A stretch of DNA of 64,000 bases from an uncultured Pseudomonadota bacterium (GCA_964568625.1 CAZMQG010000001.1:83393-147392); one strand, 5' to 3'. Shown: positions 29,455-40,198, counted from the stretch's first letter. Notes: a model not told the origin generated them from the sequence alone. Made by a program: numbers and translations.

Positions 29455-30174
29455 TTTACGTAGACACCAATTTTTTAATTTAATTTCTTTTAAAGATCTT
29501 CTTCGATCTCTAAAAGATGTTGTTGCCCCTGAAGATGTTGTTGCTATAGGAGCATGGGACGTCTTTGGTTGATACACTGACATATAATCCAACACTTCTT
29601 CAAATGATCTAACAGCCCCTGCTCTTACTAATGGCAACAAAAAACTAAGTTTTAACGTACCAAAAGTATGTCTTTTTCTGTTTCGAAAAGCTGTTTGATC
29701 CACTTCTGCATCTTTACTTTTACCTATCACTAATGCATAAGATAAGATAAAAACCATGTTTTCAGGAGATAAAATAATTTTAGTTTTATCTCCTTTGTGA
29801 TCTTTGCAATAACTTTTTACAATTTTTTTACATAGCTTAAATGCCAGTTTAACACATGGCAAAATATCATCTCCAATAAGCAAATTTTTTTGTTGAAGAA
29901 TAAGCATCGCAAATGGATCAGGCTTCTGACGTTTTAACACAAAATGCTCAAATATTTGAGTAAACGATTTTATATCGGCAGAGTACACTTCTATCAAAAA
30001 ACTAACAAGCGGCTCTTCTTTATATGAATCATCCCTACTAGTTTTCGTTATGTCAGGATTGTAATATATGTCAGATAATTGCGTTAGATAAGCTTCTCTT
30101 TCTTGCGGAGAAGAAAACAATTCAAATGCATTGAGACAAAGTACAAAAATCACAAATTTACACAAAAATTTCAT
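29446..30174 (-). CDS. Secreted hypothetical protein
   Basis: GGGAGG RBS and signal peptide; 9-bp tail-to-tail overlap with its neighbour. Confidence 0.65.
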   Translation of the reverse strand: MKFLCKFVIFVLCLNAFELFSSPQEREAYLTQLSDIYYNPDITKTSRDDSYKEEPLVSFLIEVYSADIKSFTQIFEHFVLKRQKPDPFAMLILQQKNLLIGDDILPCVKLAFKLCKKIVKSYCKDHKGDKTKIILSPENMVFILSYALVIGKSKDAEVDQTAFRNRKRHTFGTLKLSFLLPLVRAGAVRSFEEVLDYMSVYQPKTSHAPIATTSSGATTSFRDRRRSLKEIKLKNWCLRKLV

Positions 30175-30325
30175 TCAAAAACCCTCCCACTATAATTTTT
30201 CATCCTACTACTAAGTTAGTTTAGACGGCACAGCTTAAAATCAATAGTTTTTTATGGAAAAGACATAAAAAAGGCCTAAATTTAGCCTTCCTGGCAACAA
30301 TCGACAAATTTGCTAACATAAATCT

Positions 30326-32557
30326 ATGAATACAGTAAAATTTAGACGTTTTTCAATATTAATTTTAAGTCTGCTGGCGCTGTTTGCAACAACGTGGGTG
30401 GAACTTTTTTTGCAACGAGAACAAAACACCATTGGGGCAGGAATTAACAGAGCTTTTCTATTTTTGTTAATCAATTTTCACGTCATTATCATAGCATTTC
30501 TGTTATATGTAATAATTAGACAAAGTATAAAACTGTTTCTTGAGTGGCACCGCTCTACTCCCGGATCAGTCTTCAAACGTAATCTACTTTTTGCCTTAAC
30601 ACTCTTTTCCGTTATTCCGTCATTTTTTGTCTTTTTCACGGCAGGCAAGTTTATTTCGACAAGCATCGATGATTGGTTTCATACTCGAATCAACCAAGGG
30701 TTACAAAACGGATTAAAGCTTCACGAAATTCAAACCGAAAATCTGCGATTGCGTATGGGAACCCACGGAGAAGAATTATTAAAAAACATAGCCTCGCAAA
30801 TAAAAGAAGAGAGTCCCGACAATCCAATATTTAGTGAGCCTTTCAAAAGAGAGTTTGAAAACCTAAAATTAAAATATCCCGAAGCAAAAAACTACTCATT
30901 TTATGTTTGGAAAGAAAATAGAAGTGGAATCTTGGGAAAAGTAAAAGATGAAGTTTTGATCTGGCGAGAGTATCGTAAACTCAACGACCGTACAACGCAT
31001 CACCTCAAAAAAGAGTTTTTTCAAGCTATGAAACTCTATGCAGACGAAAAACCTTTCGATTTTTACGGCTCGTTATACTGTGTAAAAAAAATTAACACGG
31101 TATATTTTATTCTGGTTCAAAGATATCCGGAATCAATCAGATACCCTCTTATCGAAATTCAAAATTCTATTTCAGATTATCAGCAGCTAAAATCAATGCG
31201 TAATCCCATATATTTTTCTTACATCTGCACATTCATTTTTATAACACTTTTGATTTTATTTTTATCCATATGGTGCGCTTTTTACTTTGCACGAGGTCTT
31301 GTCCAACCGATTCAAGAACTTTTGGGGGCTATGATACAGATAAGAAATGGAAACTGGGATGTAAAAGTAAATTATCATCCTGACAACGATTTAAAACACT
31401 TGACTCATGGATTTAATGACATGACCAATGCACTAAAAATGGCGCAAATCCAACTCAATGAAAAAAATCGTGAAATGATGCTAATTCTGGAAAATATACG
31501 TGCCAGTGTTTTTTTGGTAAATAAATTTGCTCGAATAGTAACCGCTAACATTCCAGGTCAAAAAATGACCCATGATTTTTTTGGTGCAGCCGAATGCAAA
31601 AACAAAAAAATAAATATATTTGGACCTGAAATTAAAACTAAGATTATTGAGTTAACTCGTGAGTTAGCAAAAACACAAAAGCAAAGCATAATTAAAGAGA
31701 TTTCATTTTCACATCATGGTGAAGATAAAACGTTTATGATCCATCTGGCAAAAATCAACATCGAGCATTCCCTTGAAGCCACTGAAAAAGGGCTACTTAT
31801 TTTCATTGAGGATTTGACGGACATAGTCAAAATTAACACGCTCAAAACATGGCAAGAAGCTGCAAAACAGATGGCTCACGAGGTAAAAAACCCTCTTACT
31901 CCCATTCAAATATCCACACAACGTCTGCAGCGTAAATACAGCGACGCACTAAACAATGACCCAATATTTCTCGATTGCACAAATACCATTTTAGAGCAAG
32001 TCAAAACAATTAAAGATCTTGTTTCCCACTTTTCAAAATTCGCCTCAATGCCACAGCTATTTCTTGAAATGGCAAACATAAATGAGTTAATTACACAAAC
32101 AATTCGGTTATATCAAGTGAGCTACCCTGAAATAAACATCATTCTTAATCTTGATAATGCCATCACAGAAATGAAACTTGATAAGAAAAAAATACGCAGA
32201 GTATTCACAAATTTACTCGACAACAGCATCAGAGCAATTCAACAAACACAATCCCAAACAGATTATAAACCATTTATTAAAATCCAAACACGATTTATAA
32301 AACATCAAAACAAAATCGAAATTTTATTTATCGATAATGGACCGGGAATTCCTAAAATAATTCAAAATAAACTCTTCATGCCTTATGTTTCAACGGACAA
32401 AAAGAATATGGGTCTGGGGCTTGCCATTGTTCGCGATATTATTGAACAAATGGGCGGGAAAATCGAATTGGAAAAATTTGAATTTCAAACGGCTGAGTCA
32501 CAAAACATAGGCGCACGATTTAAAATTGAACTGCCATTTAATATACTTAAGATTTGA
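30326..32557 (+). CDS. ntrY: NtrY-like sensor histidine kinase (TM, HAMP, PAS-like, HisKA, HATPase)
   Basis: AKQMAHEVKNPLTPIQISTQRL H-box, VFTNLLDNS, DNGPGIP, PYVST, GLGLAIV. Confidence 0.8.
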   Translation: MNTVKFRRFSILILSLLALFATTWVELFLQREQNTIGAGINRAFLFLLINFHVIIIAFLLYVIIRQSIKLFLEWHRSTPGSVFKRNLLFALTLFSVIPSFFVFFTAGKFISTSIDDWFHTRINQGLQNGLKLHEIQTENLRLRMGTHGEELLKNIASQIKEESPDNPIFSEPFKREFENLKLKYPEAKNYSFYVWKENRSGILGKVKDEVLIWREYRKLNDRTTHHLKKEFFQAMKLYADEKPFDFYGSLYCVKKINTVYFILVQRYPESIRYPLIEIQNSISDYQQLKSMRNPIYFSYICTFIFITLLILFLSIWCAFYFARGLVQPIQELLGAMIQIRNGNWDVKVNYHPDNDLKHLTHGFNDMTNALKMAQIQLNEKNREMMLILENIRASVFLVNKFARIVTANIPGQKMTHDFFGAAECKNKKINIFGPEIKTKIIELTRELAKTQKQSIIKEISFSHHGEDKTFMIHLAKINIEHSLEATEKGLLIFIEDLTDIVKINTLKTWQEAAKQMAHEVKNPLTPIQISTQRLQRKYSDALNNDPIFLDCTNTILEQVKTIKDLVSHFSKFASMPQLFLEMANINELITQTIRLYQVSYPEINIILNLDNAITEMKLDKKKIRRVFTNLLDNSIRAIQQTQSQTDYKPFIKIQTRFIKHQNKIEILFIDNGPGIPKIIQNKLFMPYVSTDKKNMGLGLAIVRDIIEQMGGKIELEKFEFQTAESQNIGARFKIELPFNILKI

Positions 32558-33763
32558 TTAGCCAATCGAATAAGCCAAGTTAAATATAGGCAAATAGATC
32601 ATCCAGATTAAAATACCGGTTATTAAACCTACTGTAATCAACAAAACAGGTTGGAAGAGAGTAGTCAAAATTAACACAAAACGCTTAAGTTCTTCCTGAA
32701 ATGATTCTGTAGCTCTACTTAAAACATCTGCCAAAGCTCCCGTCTGCTCTCCCACATTTATCAGTGCAACAAGCGTTGCCTGCCTATAAAAACTGGGTAA
32801 TAATGCTATAGAATCAGACAATGTCCTCCCACGTGTTATATTATCAATGGCAGTATTCACATTGCTCCTCAAGTACCCGTTATTCATTGAATCTCGAGCA
32901 CATATAGCCGCATCTTTAAGTGAAATTCCTGATTTTAGAAGAACTGTTAACGCTTGTAGAAACTGCGTAAAATTTGACAGCTCAACCAAGTTTTTAACAT
33001 ATGGAATTGAAATAAAAAGCCAATCTTTAAATCGTTTTACCCTGTTTTTGCCTAACAAAAAGATAAGGCCAAAAAATCCAAAAACTATCGCAATTAATGT
33101 TGCTGCTCCCTGCCAAGAACGCAAAAATTTGCTAACCCATATTATTCGTTTTGTGGCAGTTGGAAGCTGCTTACCAATAGAGCTAAAGAATACCTCAAAC
33201 TGTGGCACTACAACTATTAAAATTACAACAACAATCAACAATGCAAAAAAAATTGTAACAATCGGCATAAGCGCTGCGTTATACAAATCTTTCTTCAACT
33301 GTTGATCTTTTTTGATATGCTGCGAAATTTGAGTAAGAACAAAACTTAATTGTCCACTACGTAGCCCAACTTCAATCATTTGAATTATAAAATCATTAAA
33401 TATTTTTTTATGTTTGGAAAGGGCAACTGCCAAACTATTCCCACTCTGTAAATCCACTCGAATGAGCCCCAGAATATCTCGTAATTTATTATTTGGCTCC
33501 TGCTGTTCAACAGTTTTAATTGCATTCAATAAATCAACACCACCATCAAGCAACATGGCCATCTGATCAAAAAAGCTTATGCAATCATATAAAGATAATC
33601 GCCTACTAATTTGCCATTGTTTTTTATCCACAATACTGCAACTTAATAACGCAATTCCATTATTTAAAAGCTGAGTCTTTAAATTCTCTTGATTATCCGC
33701 AAATACACACCCTTTAACCTGATTTCCGGCAACATCAATCCCTTTCCATAAAAATTTTGGCAT
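32558..33763 (-). CDS. pilC: Type II secretion/type IV pilus platform protein (GspF/PilC)
   Basis: MPKFLWKG start; two T2SSF repeats (FFDQMAMLLDGGVDL...GLRSGQL; LTVLLKSGISL...VGEQTGAL...FQP). Confidence 0.88.
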   Translation of the reverse strand: MPKFLWKGIDVAGNQVKGCVFADNQENLKTQLLNNGIALLSCSIVDKKQWQISRRLSLYDCISFFDQMAMLLDGGVDLLNAIKTVEQQEPNNKLRDILGLIRVDLQSGNSLAVALSKHKKIFNDFIIQMIEVGLRSGQLSFVLTQISQHIKKDQQLKKDLYNAALMPIVTIFFALLIVVVILIVVVPQFEVFFSSIGKQLPTATKRIIWVSKFLRSWQGAATLIAIVFGFFGLIFLLGKNRVKRFKDWLFISIPYVKNLVELSNFTQFLQALTVLLKSGISLKDAAICARDSMNNGYLRSNVNTAIDNITRGRTLSDSIALLPSFYRQATLVALINVGEQTGALADVLSRATESFQEELKRFVLILTTLFQPVLLITVGLITGILIWMIYLPIFNLAYSIG

Positions 33764-33773
33764 AAAAAGCCTC

Positions 33774-34064
33774 TTATTTAGCTCTTGGCTGATCACCTAT
33801 ACCAAGCCGTCCCAATATGCCTGGTAGATCAAAATTTTGTGTATCAATTTTTATCATTTTGTTTCGCGATGTTGCTCCACGTAGGATTTTAAAACAATCA
33901 GTGGCAATCCCAAGTGTTTTACTCAACAATTTTACCAACTCCTCATTTGCCTTCCCACCTTCGGGCTTACTTTTTAACCGGCATTTGATAAGGCCGGATT
34001 TATCCTTCTCAAAGCCCTGTTGCTTGGAATTTGGAACCACTTTTAACTCAATAACAACAGACAT
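33774..34064 (-). CDS. DUF167/YggU family protein
   Basis: LKVVPNSK, KCRLKSKPEGGKANEELVKLLSK, GATSRNK; GGGAG RBS before MSVVIE. Confidence 0.85.
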   Translation of the reverse strand: MSVVIELKVVPNSKQQGFEKDKSGLIKCRLKSKPEGGKANEELVKLLSKTLGIATDCFKILRGATSRNKMIKIDTQNFDLPGILGRLGIGDQPRAK

Positions 34065-34194
34065 CTCCCAGGCCTTTCGGGTTAAATTTATGTTATTTTT
34101 TAAAATTTCAATATAAAAACGAGACATTTTTGATAGTATATCTTATAATATTTTAAAAATGAGCGAAGCAAGAACTTTGAAATTTAGCAAGTTA

Positions 34195-34268
34195 GCGCCC
34201 ATAGCTCAATTGGATAGAGCGTCAGACTACGGATCTGAAGGTTAGAGGTTCGACTCCTCTTGGGCGCA
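34195..34268 (+). tRNA. tRNA-Arg(ACG)
   Basis: GCGCCCA/TGGGCGC acceptor, TCAGA-CTACGGA-TCTGA anticodon arm, GTTCGA; CCA not encoded. Confidence 0.95.
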
Positions 34269-34286
34269 CTTAATTATACATTGCTT

Positions 34287-34378
34287 GGAGAGATGGCTGA
34301 GTGGCTGAAAGCACTTGCCTGCTAAGCAAGTATCTGGAGAAATCCGGGTCGAGGGTTCGAATCCCTCTCTCTCCACCA
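34287..34378 (+). tRNA. tRNA-Ser(GCT)
   Basis: GGAGAGA acceptor, CTTGC-CTGCTAA-GCAAG, long variable arm, GTTCGAATC, encoded CCA. Confidence 0.95.
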
Positions 34379-34409
34379 GCCTACGCCCTACGTGGCTTCG
34401 GCTGTCAGG
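34376..34409 (+). repeat. CCA-initiated short element (same family as the 3181 and 3230 inserts)
   Basis: ccagcctacgccctacgtggcttcggctgtcagg, overlapping the tRNA CCA. Confidence 0.65.
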
Positions 34410-34527
34410 CCATCCTTCATAGTACTTGTTAGGCTTAGCTATAAAAAGCGAATGTAAATGTCAGGCTATATCTCATTTTTTGTTCTTTTAAATAATAAGC
34501 TCTTAAAGTTCTAGAAATCTAAATTCT

Positions 34528-34619
34528 GGAGAGGTGGCAGAGTGGTTGAATGCGACGGTCTTGAAAACCGTTATTCCGGGAGACTGGAATCGTGGGTTCG
34601 AATCCCACCCTCTCCACCA
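34528..34619 (+). tRNA. tRNA-Ser(TGA)
   Basis: GGAGAGG acceptor, ACGGT-CTTGAAA-ACCGT, long variable arm, encoded CCA. Confidence 0.95.
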
Positions 34620-34662
34620 TACTACGCTTTCGCCCGTTGGGCTCCTAGCTACGTATGGCAAG
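34617..34662 (+). repeat. Diverged CCA-initiated element after tRNA-Ser(TGA)
   Basis: ccatactacgc...gctacgtatggcaag(cc). Confidence 0.5.
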
Positions 34663-34747
34663 CCATATTTTTTAATGTTAAAATACATGTTTTACGTTTA
34701 CATACTCAGATCCATTAATTTTCCTGAAAAAATACGCTATATCCTAG

Positions 34748-36802
34748 TCACTGACTCGAGACAATAAAAACACGACTATCAAATTGATCAAAATCAATCT
34801 GACTTAAAAGCTTGTGAATACTAGAAAACGTTTGTGATTTTAGAAATATCTGTCTTATTTCAATATTCTGAACCTTAGAAATCACAGGTTGCGCAGGGCC
34901 AAGTATCTGAATTTTTAAATCTTGTGAATCGTTAATTTTATTCAAAACATCTGCAATAGAATTTGCATCCCTATCAAGTTGCATATCAGAACTATTTTTA
35001 ATCTCCAGCTGAACAAGCCGCCCAAATGGTGGATAACAAATTTCTCTACGTAAATCCGCTTCATCCTCACAAAATTTAAGATAATCAATCTCATTAAGAT
35101 AATTGAAAATCTTATGATCTTTCATCATCTGAATTATTACCGTACTTGGAAGCTGCCCCCGCCCAGCACGGCCTGCCACCTGAATAAGTTGTTGAATTGA
35201 AGTCTCTGCAGCGTTATAAACCGGCATATGCAGATTTAAATCTGCCCATAATACTCCAACAAGTGTAACCCGAGGAAAATGATACCCCTTGGTAATAGTC
35301 TGAGTTCCTATAAGAATATCTATTTTCCCATGTTCAAAATCTTCTACCGTTTTATACCACGACCTTTTTTGGCTTGTTGTATCAAGGTCCGCACGCGCAA
35401 TAATTGCAGACGGAAAAAGTTCTTGGAATATTTTAACCGCTTGCTGAGTCCCCACTCCCTTTCTTAAAAAATTTTTCTGATCAGACTTACAATCAGGACA
35501 TGCTGCCGGCAAAGGCTTTTGAAAATCACAGTAGTGACAACGTAGTGTTTCCTGACCATAATGCGAATGCAATGTTAAACTCACAGAACAGTTGGCACAC
35601 TGAAAAACATGTCCACAATCTTTGCATTGCACAAAAAAACTATACCCTCTTCTGTTCAAATAAATAATTGCCTGTTCTTTGCGATTTAGGCAATCTTTAA
35701 TTGCAGTTTCAAGTTCCCGTGACACCCAAAAGTTACTTCTCCGTTGATCTTTTTGCGATTTTAAAGTTACTTTTTTAATCTCCGGAAAACTACCTGCAAA
35801 TCTTTTTGTAATATTAAAAAGCTTCCACCCTTTTGTTTGTACATTGGACAAAGAACTCAGTGAGGGAGTGGCTGATCCGAGAAGAATTGGAATTTTATAT
35901 ATACTGGCACGCCAAATGGCAATCTCTTTGCTATTCAAACGCGGATGTTTTTTTTCTAAAAAACCATGCTCATGCTCTTCGTCTATAATTATCAACCCCA
36001 AATTATTAATTGGTAACATTATTGGCATATGCACACCAATAATCAATCCAGGTTCATTTTTGAGTAATCCATTCCACAAAATCCGCCGCTCTGCAGGCTT
36101 ACTGGCCGAATGAAAACCAATAACTTTTGTATTTGGAAGTTTTTTTCGAAAAATACGCTCAAATTGCAAACTCAATGAAACTTCGGGAAGAAGCAGTAAA
36201 ACGCTTTTGTTATTATTAATGCACTCTTGAATTAATTTGCTATAAACTTCGGTTTTACCTGAACCGGTCACTCCATGAATTAATGTGGGTTTATAATCAG
36301 GATTTTTTATAAACGGTTTTAGGTAATCCACCACAAGCTGTTGTTCAGAAGTTAAAGTAGCTATTTGATTATATTTAGATATTGGATCAAGTCCAACATG
36401 GCAAAAGTCTACGTCACAAACTTCCGACTTCACGACGGACAAATCGCACAAAATCCGCTCATCCTGAGCTTGTCGAAGGACGGCGGGTGATTTTTTATCC
36501 GCAAAAAAGCCTCTAATTCTTTGGTAAAAATGCAAACTGGGAACAAAATAAAATTTTGAAATTTTCTCGATAAATTCGACGTATCTTACATCATCAGGAA
36601 ACTGCTGCAACCCCAAAATCTCTCTGACATTGAAATCAGAATAAAAATTCGAATCAATCTGAACAACATATGCCAAATGCTGAGATGTCTTGAGAGGCAC
36701 TTTAATAAGCGACCCCACTCCAATTTTACCTTCAAGCTCTTCGGGGATTTTATATGTTAATGGTCGTTTAAATCCATTTAATAGAAGAACAGTTGCAAAC
36801 AT
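34748..36802 (-). CDS. priA: Primosomal protein N' helicase
   Basis: HGVTGSGKTEVY, DEEHE, GSATPS, four CxxC (CKDC, CANC, CHYC, CPDC), QVAGRAGR. Confidence 0.95.
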   Translation of the reverse strand: MFATVLLLNGFKRPLTYKIPEELEGKIGVGSLIKVPLKTSQHLAYVVQIDSNFYSDFNVREILGLQQFPDDVRYVEFIEKISKFYFVPSLHFYQRIRGFFADKKSPAVLRQAQDERILCDLSVVKSEVCDVDFCHVGLDPISKYNQIATLTSEQQLVVDYLKPFIKNPDYKPTLIHGVTGSGKTEVYSKLIQECINNNKSVLLLLPEVSLSLQFERIFRKKLPNTKVIGFHSASKPAERRILWNGLLKNEPGLIIGVHMPIMLPINNLGLIIIDEEHEHGFLEKKHPRLNSKEIAIWRASIYKIPILLGSATPSLSSLSNVQTKGWKLFNITKRFAGSFPEIKKVTLKSQKDQRRSNFWVSRELETAIKDCLNRKEQAIIYLNRRGYSFFVQCKDCGHVFQCANCSVSLTLHSHYGQETLRCHYCDFQKPLPAACPDCKSDQKNFLRKGVGTQQAVKIFQELFPSAIIARADLDTTSQKRSWYKTVEDFEHGKIDILIGTQTITKGYHFPRVTLVGVLWADLNLHMPVYNAAETSIQQLIQVAGRAGRGQLPSTVIIQMMKDHKIFNYLNEIDYLKFCEDEADLRREICYPPFGRLVQLEIKNSSDMQLDRDANSIADVLNKINDSQDLKIQILGPAQPVISKVQNIEIRQIFLKSQTFSSIHKLLSQIDFDQFDSRVFIVSSQ
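36377..36487 (-). repeat. Two palindromic elements in-frame within priA
   Basis: 36455-36487 encodes PAVLRQAQDER (ccttcgacaagctcaggatgagc); 36377-36403 encodes CHVGLDPIS (atgttgga-cttga-tccaatat hairpin). Confidence 0.6.
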
Positions 36803-36804
36803 TG

Positions 36805-37437
36805 TTATAAAATGTCCCCATTTGAATGATTTCTAAGTAAAAAAGGATCACACTCCTTAACATGAATATTAATTTTGCTGAATGGCAATGGAATCTGGAA
36901 CTTGTCCCAACTTTTTTTGAAAGTAAAATGCCAGGAGGATGAACACTGCACAAAAAACAGTGGCTTATTTGCTGAGATAGCCAAAAATGGAACCCCCTGT
37001 TTAAGTTCAAAAGCAGGACCTCGTGACCCATCTCCAACAATGCAAAATGAATTATTAGCTTTTAAAATTTTTAAAGCCTGTCTGGTTACTTGGATTGGAT
37101 TTTTAAAAGCAGACCCATAAATTGCATTATAACCAAACAACTCAACAATACTTCCCGCTAATTTTCCATCGTCACTACTGCTAACAATGCAATGTTTTGC
37201 AGCCTTTGCTTTCATAAGAAAATACGCTGCCGCAAATGTCTGTTGATGCCAAAAATAAAACACACCAACATTTTCACTCAAATTTTTATTTAAACCCAAA
37301 TCAGATGTAACTCTCAAACGATATGTCATAAAAAGCGTACGCATTAAACCATATAGCAAATACTTTGTTATGAAAAAAACAACAGAACTTCGTTTTATAC
37401 TTACAAACAACGGTTTAAAAAAATTACGTAGGGCCAT
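36805..37437 (-). CDS. DUF374 / lysophospholipid acyltransferase-like protein
   Basis: FYFWHQQ, VSSSDDGKL, GYNAIYGS, VGDGSRGP, KKSWDKFQIPLPFS; GAGGA RBS. Confidence 0.8.
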   Translation of the reverse strand: MALRNFFKPLFVSIKRSSVVFFITKYLLYGLMRTLFMTYRLRVTSDLGLNKNLSENVGVFYFWHQQTFAAAYFLMKAKAAKHCIVSSSDDGKLAGSIVELFGYNAIYGSAFKNPIQVTRQALKILKANNSFCIVGDGSRGPAFELKQGVPFLAISANKPLFFVQCSSSWHFTFKKSWDKFQIPLPFSKINIHVKECDPFLLRNHSNGDIL

Positions 37438-37524
37438 AACAAATCCTCGTGTAAACTGTAAAAATGTGCAGAAGTAGTATGATATTAAACTTTTAACCAA
37501 AAATTAAGCTGAATAGGTTTTTTC

Positions 37525-40173
37525 ATGGCAAAACTTAACAATTTTAAAGTATTTAAACACATATTACCCAACGGCCTTACAATTTTAGTCAAACCACAGT
37601 ATACCATACCTAGAGTAGAATCACACCTCTGGTACAATGTCGGCTCAAAAGATGAAGGGCAGGGAGAACAGGGCATCACCCATCTGATCGAACATATGCT
37701 ATTTAAGGGCACTAAAAACCTTTCTGAGTCAGATATAAATTTGATCACACATAAGCTGTCAGGCAACTCAAACGCCTTCACTTCACACGATGCTACCTGC
37801 TATACATTCCGATTTCCCAGCAACGTGTGGCAAGAGTCATTAGCCCTTTTTGCAGAATGCATGCAAAATGCCAGATTCGACCCAGAAACTCTTGCATCGG
37901 AGCTCAAGGCTGTCATTGAAGAATTCAGGCTATACCAAGACGATTATCAGGGATTGGTTGTTGAAAAAATTATTGAATCACTTTGGCCACAGCACCCATA
38001 TAGAACACCGGTTCTTGGCTTAAAACAAGACATATGCAATATCGGTCAAAAAAAGCTTCTTGAGTATTACAAAAAACACTATCATCCTGCCAATGCAACA
38101 TTAGTCGTAGTTGGAGATGTTCAACCTAACGAAGTCTTCAAATTAGCAGAAACATATTTTGGTAAAATACCTGGAAATCCTAATTACAAAAAACATGATT
38201 TTTTATTTGAGCCAGATATTCAACGTAAAACCGTTCAACTATTCAGGGATATTCAGGTTCCTTGGTGTTGTTACTTTTTTGAAATTCCGGGACTACGTGA
38301 TGGCCAAAACTATATTTTTGACGCCGCATCACTTCTACTTGGAGGAGGGAAAAGCTCCAGATTACACAAAAAACTGGTTGAACAAACAGAAATAGCAGTA
38401 GAAGTTGCCTGCTCAATTTATGAATTCTTTGATCGTGGACTTTTTGCAATAACGGTATATCCAAAAAGCATGGATAATATCGCTGAAATAGAACAAATCA
38501 TAAATCTTGAAATTCTAGAATTACAAAAAAAATCAATTGCAGATTGGGAAATGGAATCAGTCAAGAAACGCGCCCAAGTTGATTTTACCACCTTACTTGA
38601 AGACACTGAGAAACAGGCCGCCATGATCGGCAACCTTTATCTTGCAACAAAAGATGAATCCGCTTTTGAAAAATATATGGGAAATATTGAAAAGCTAGAC
38701 AAAAAACAAATTCAAAACTTTTTCATAGAATATTTCAGTCCTGCAACACTACATGCAGGATATTTATATCCAATACTTGAATTAGACAAACCAAAGTTCC
38801 ATAAAATACAAACAGAAGCAGATAATCAAGAGGCAAAACTTCTACAAAAGCTCACTCGCTCGACACCACTTGAAAATGGAAAATGGATCAACAAAATAGG
38901 TGATGCTAAACTACAAAAATTTAGTTATCCAAAACTAAAAAGCTTTACCATGGACAATGGCCTGGTTATAACTTTTTATAACAATCCAACAATTCCAAGC
39001 ATTAGCGCAATTTTAAATTTTAAAGCAAGCAGTTTATACGATGAAAACGATGTTGAAGGCTGTTTTATTTTTTTAATAAGACTCATGCTGGAAAGAACAA
39101 AAAAATATGATGCAAAAAAATTGGCCCAGTTACTCGAAACAAATGGAATCTACATTGGAAATCTTAACGATGTAATCACATTCAAATGTTTGAACCAAAA
39201 TTTTGAACAGGCGCTTGATATTTTATATCAAATTCTAACGCAGCCATCATTTGATACTCAAACAATTTCAAAAATAAAACATCAAGTGATTAGCGAACTA
39301 AAAGAATTTTGGGATACTCCTATTGAATTTATTGAACAGATAACTCGTGAGCATATTTATCAAAAACATCCATACAGTAAAAATCCTGTAGGAACCCTGA
39401 AAAGCGTTTCTAATTTAACAGCATCCGACTTAAAAAAATGCTTTAAGAAGTATATCTCTCCCGTAAACACAAATTTAATAATAGTGGGCGATTTAAACAA
39501 TATTGATCTGGAAAAAACCGTAAAAAAATATCTTGGATCATGGCATGGACCGGAAATACCAGAGTTAGAATTTCCAGCAATTATCTTACCAAAGGATAAT
39601 GAAAAGCACATAAATTCAAACCGAGACCAAACCGTAATTACAATTGCAGCTCCATCCGTATCCAGAAAATCACCTGAATATAATCATCTTGCAATTTTGG
39701 ATGTAATATTAACCGGCGGGCCTGGATTCTCTTCCAACTCAAGACTGTTTGATTTACGCGAAAAATACGGGCTATTTTACGCTATAGGCGGTTCATTAGT
39801 GTATGGCGCAAAAGAAGAACCAGGATTAATGCTCATAAAAACATTGGTAAGTCATGACAAGGTAGAAAAAGCAAAAAAATTAATACTTGCATCAATTAAT
39901 GATTTAGGGCAGAATGGAATTATTCAGGATGAATTTGAAATGGCCAAAAACATGATTCTATCGAGCTTAGTTGAAAATTTTGAGAGTAATATGCAAACGG
40001 CCAGCGCCTTTCTTTTTTTGAAAAAATTTAAATTAGATATAAATTTATTTGACAAAATGGGGGATACTTTCTCTATAATAAAGATAGATGAAGTAAATAA
40101 AGTTGCTAAAAAGTTTTGTCGAAGTAGTTGTTTTTCTTTTATTACGGTTGGTAGGGCTAGACCGAATCGATAG
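37525..40173 (+). CDS. M16 (pitrilysin) zinc peptidase with fused halves
   Basis: WYNVGSKDE, HLIEHMLFKGT (HxxEH), NAFTS, YHPANATLVVVGD; second half carries SRLFDLREKYGLFY. Confidence 0.9.
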   Translation: MAKLNNFKVFKHILPNGLTILVKPQYTIPRVESHLWYNVGSKDEGQGEQGITHLIEHMLFKGTKNLSESDINLITHKLSGNSNAFTSHDATCYTFRFPSNVWQESLALFAECMQNARFDPETLASELKAVIEEFRLYQDDYQGLVVEKIIESLWPQHPYRTPVLGLKQDICNIGQKKLLEYYKKHYHPANATLVVVGDVQPNEVFKLAETYFGKIPGNPNYKKHDFLFEPDIQRKTVQLFRDIQVPWCCYFFEIPGLRDGQNYIFDAASLLLGGGKSSRLHKKLVEQTEIAVEVACSIYEFFDRGLFAITVYPKSMDNIAEIEQIINLEILELQKKSIADWEMESVKKRAQVDFTTLLEDTEKQAAMIGNLYLATKDESAFEKYMGNIEKLDKKQIQNFFIEYFSPATLHAGYLYPILELDKPKFHKIQTEADNQEAKLLQKLTRSTPLENGKWINKIGDAKLQKFSYPKLKSFTMDNGLVITFYNNPTIPSISAILNFKASSLYDENDVEGCFIFLIRLMLERTKKYDAKKLAQLLETNGIYIGNLNDVITFKCLNQNFEQALDILYQILTQPSFDTQTISKIKHQVISELKEFWDTPIEFIEQITREHIYQKHPYSKNPVGTLKSVSNLTASDLKKCFKKYISPVNTNLIIVGDLNNIDLEKTVKKYLGSWHGPEIPELEFPAIILPKDNEKHINSNRDQTVITIAAPSVSRKSPEYNHLAILDVILTGGPGFSSNSRLFDLREKYGLFYAIGGSLVYGAKEEPGLMLIKTLVSHDKVEKAKKLILASINDLGQNGIIQDEFEMAKNMILSSLVENFESNMQTASAFLFLKKFKLDINLFDKMGDTFSIIKIDEVNKVAKKFCRSSCFSFITVGRARPNR

Positions 40174-40198
40174 CCCCAAAGGAAGTAAGGAGAATAGC

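Noticed and set aside
34195-34700. tRNA cluster as a prophage or island attachment site
   Set aside because: No integrase, no duplicated tRNA 3' end, and housekeeping genes on both sides.
34503-34767. ORFs 34503-34688 and 34534-34767
   Set aside because: They overlap tRNA-Ser(TGA).
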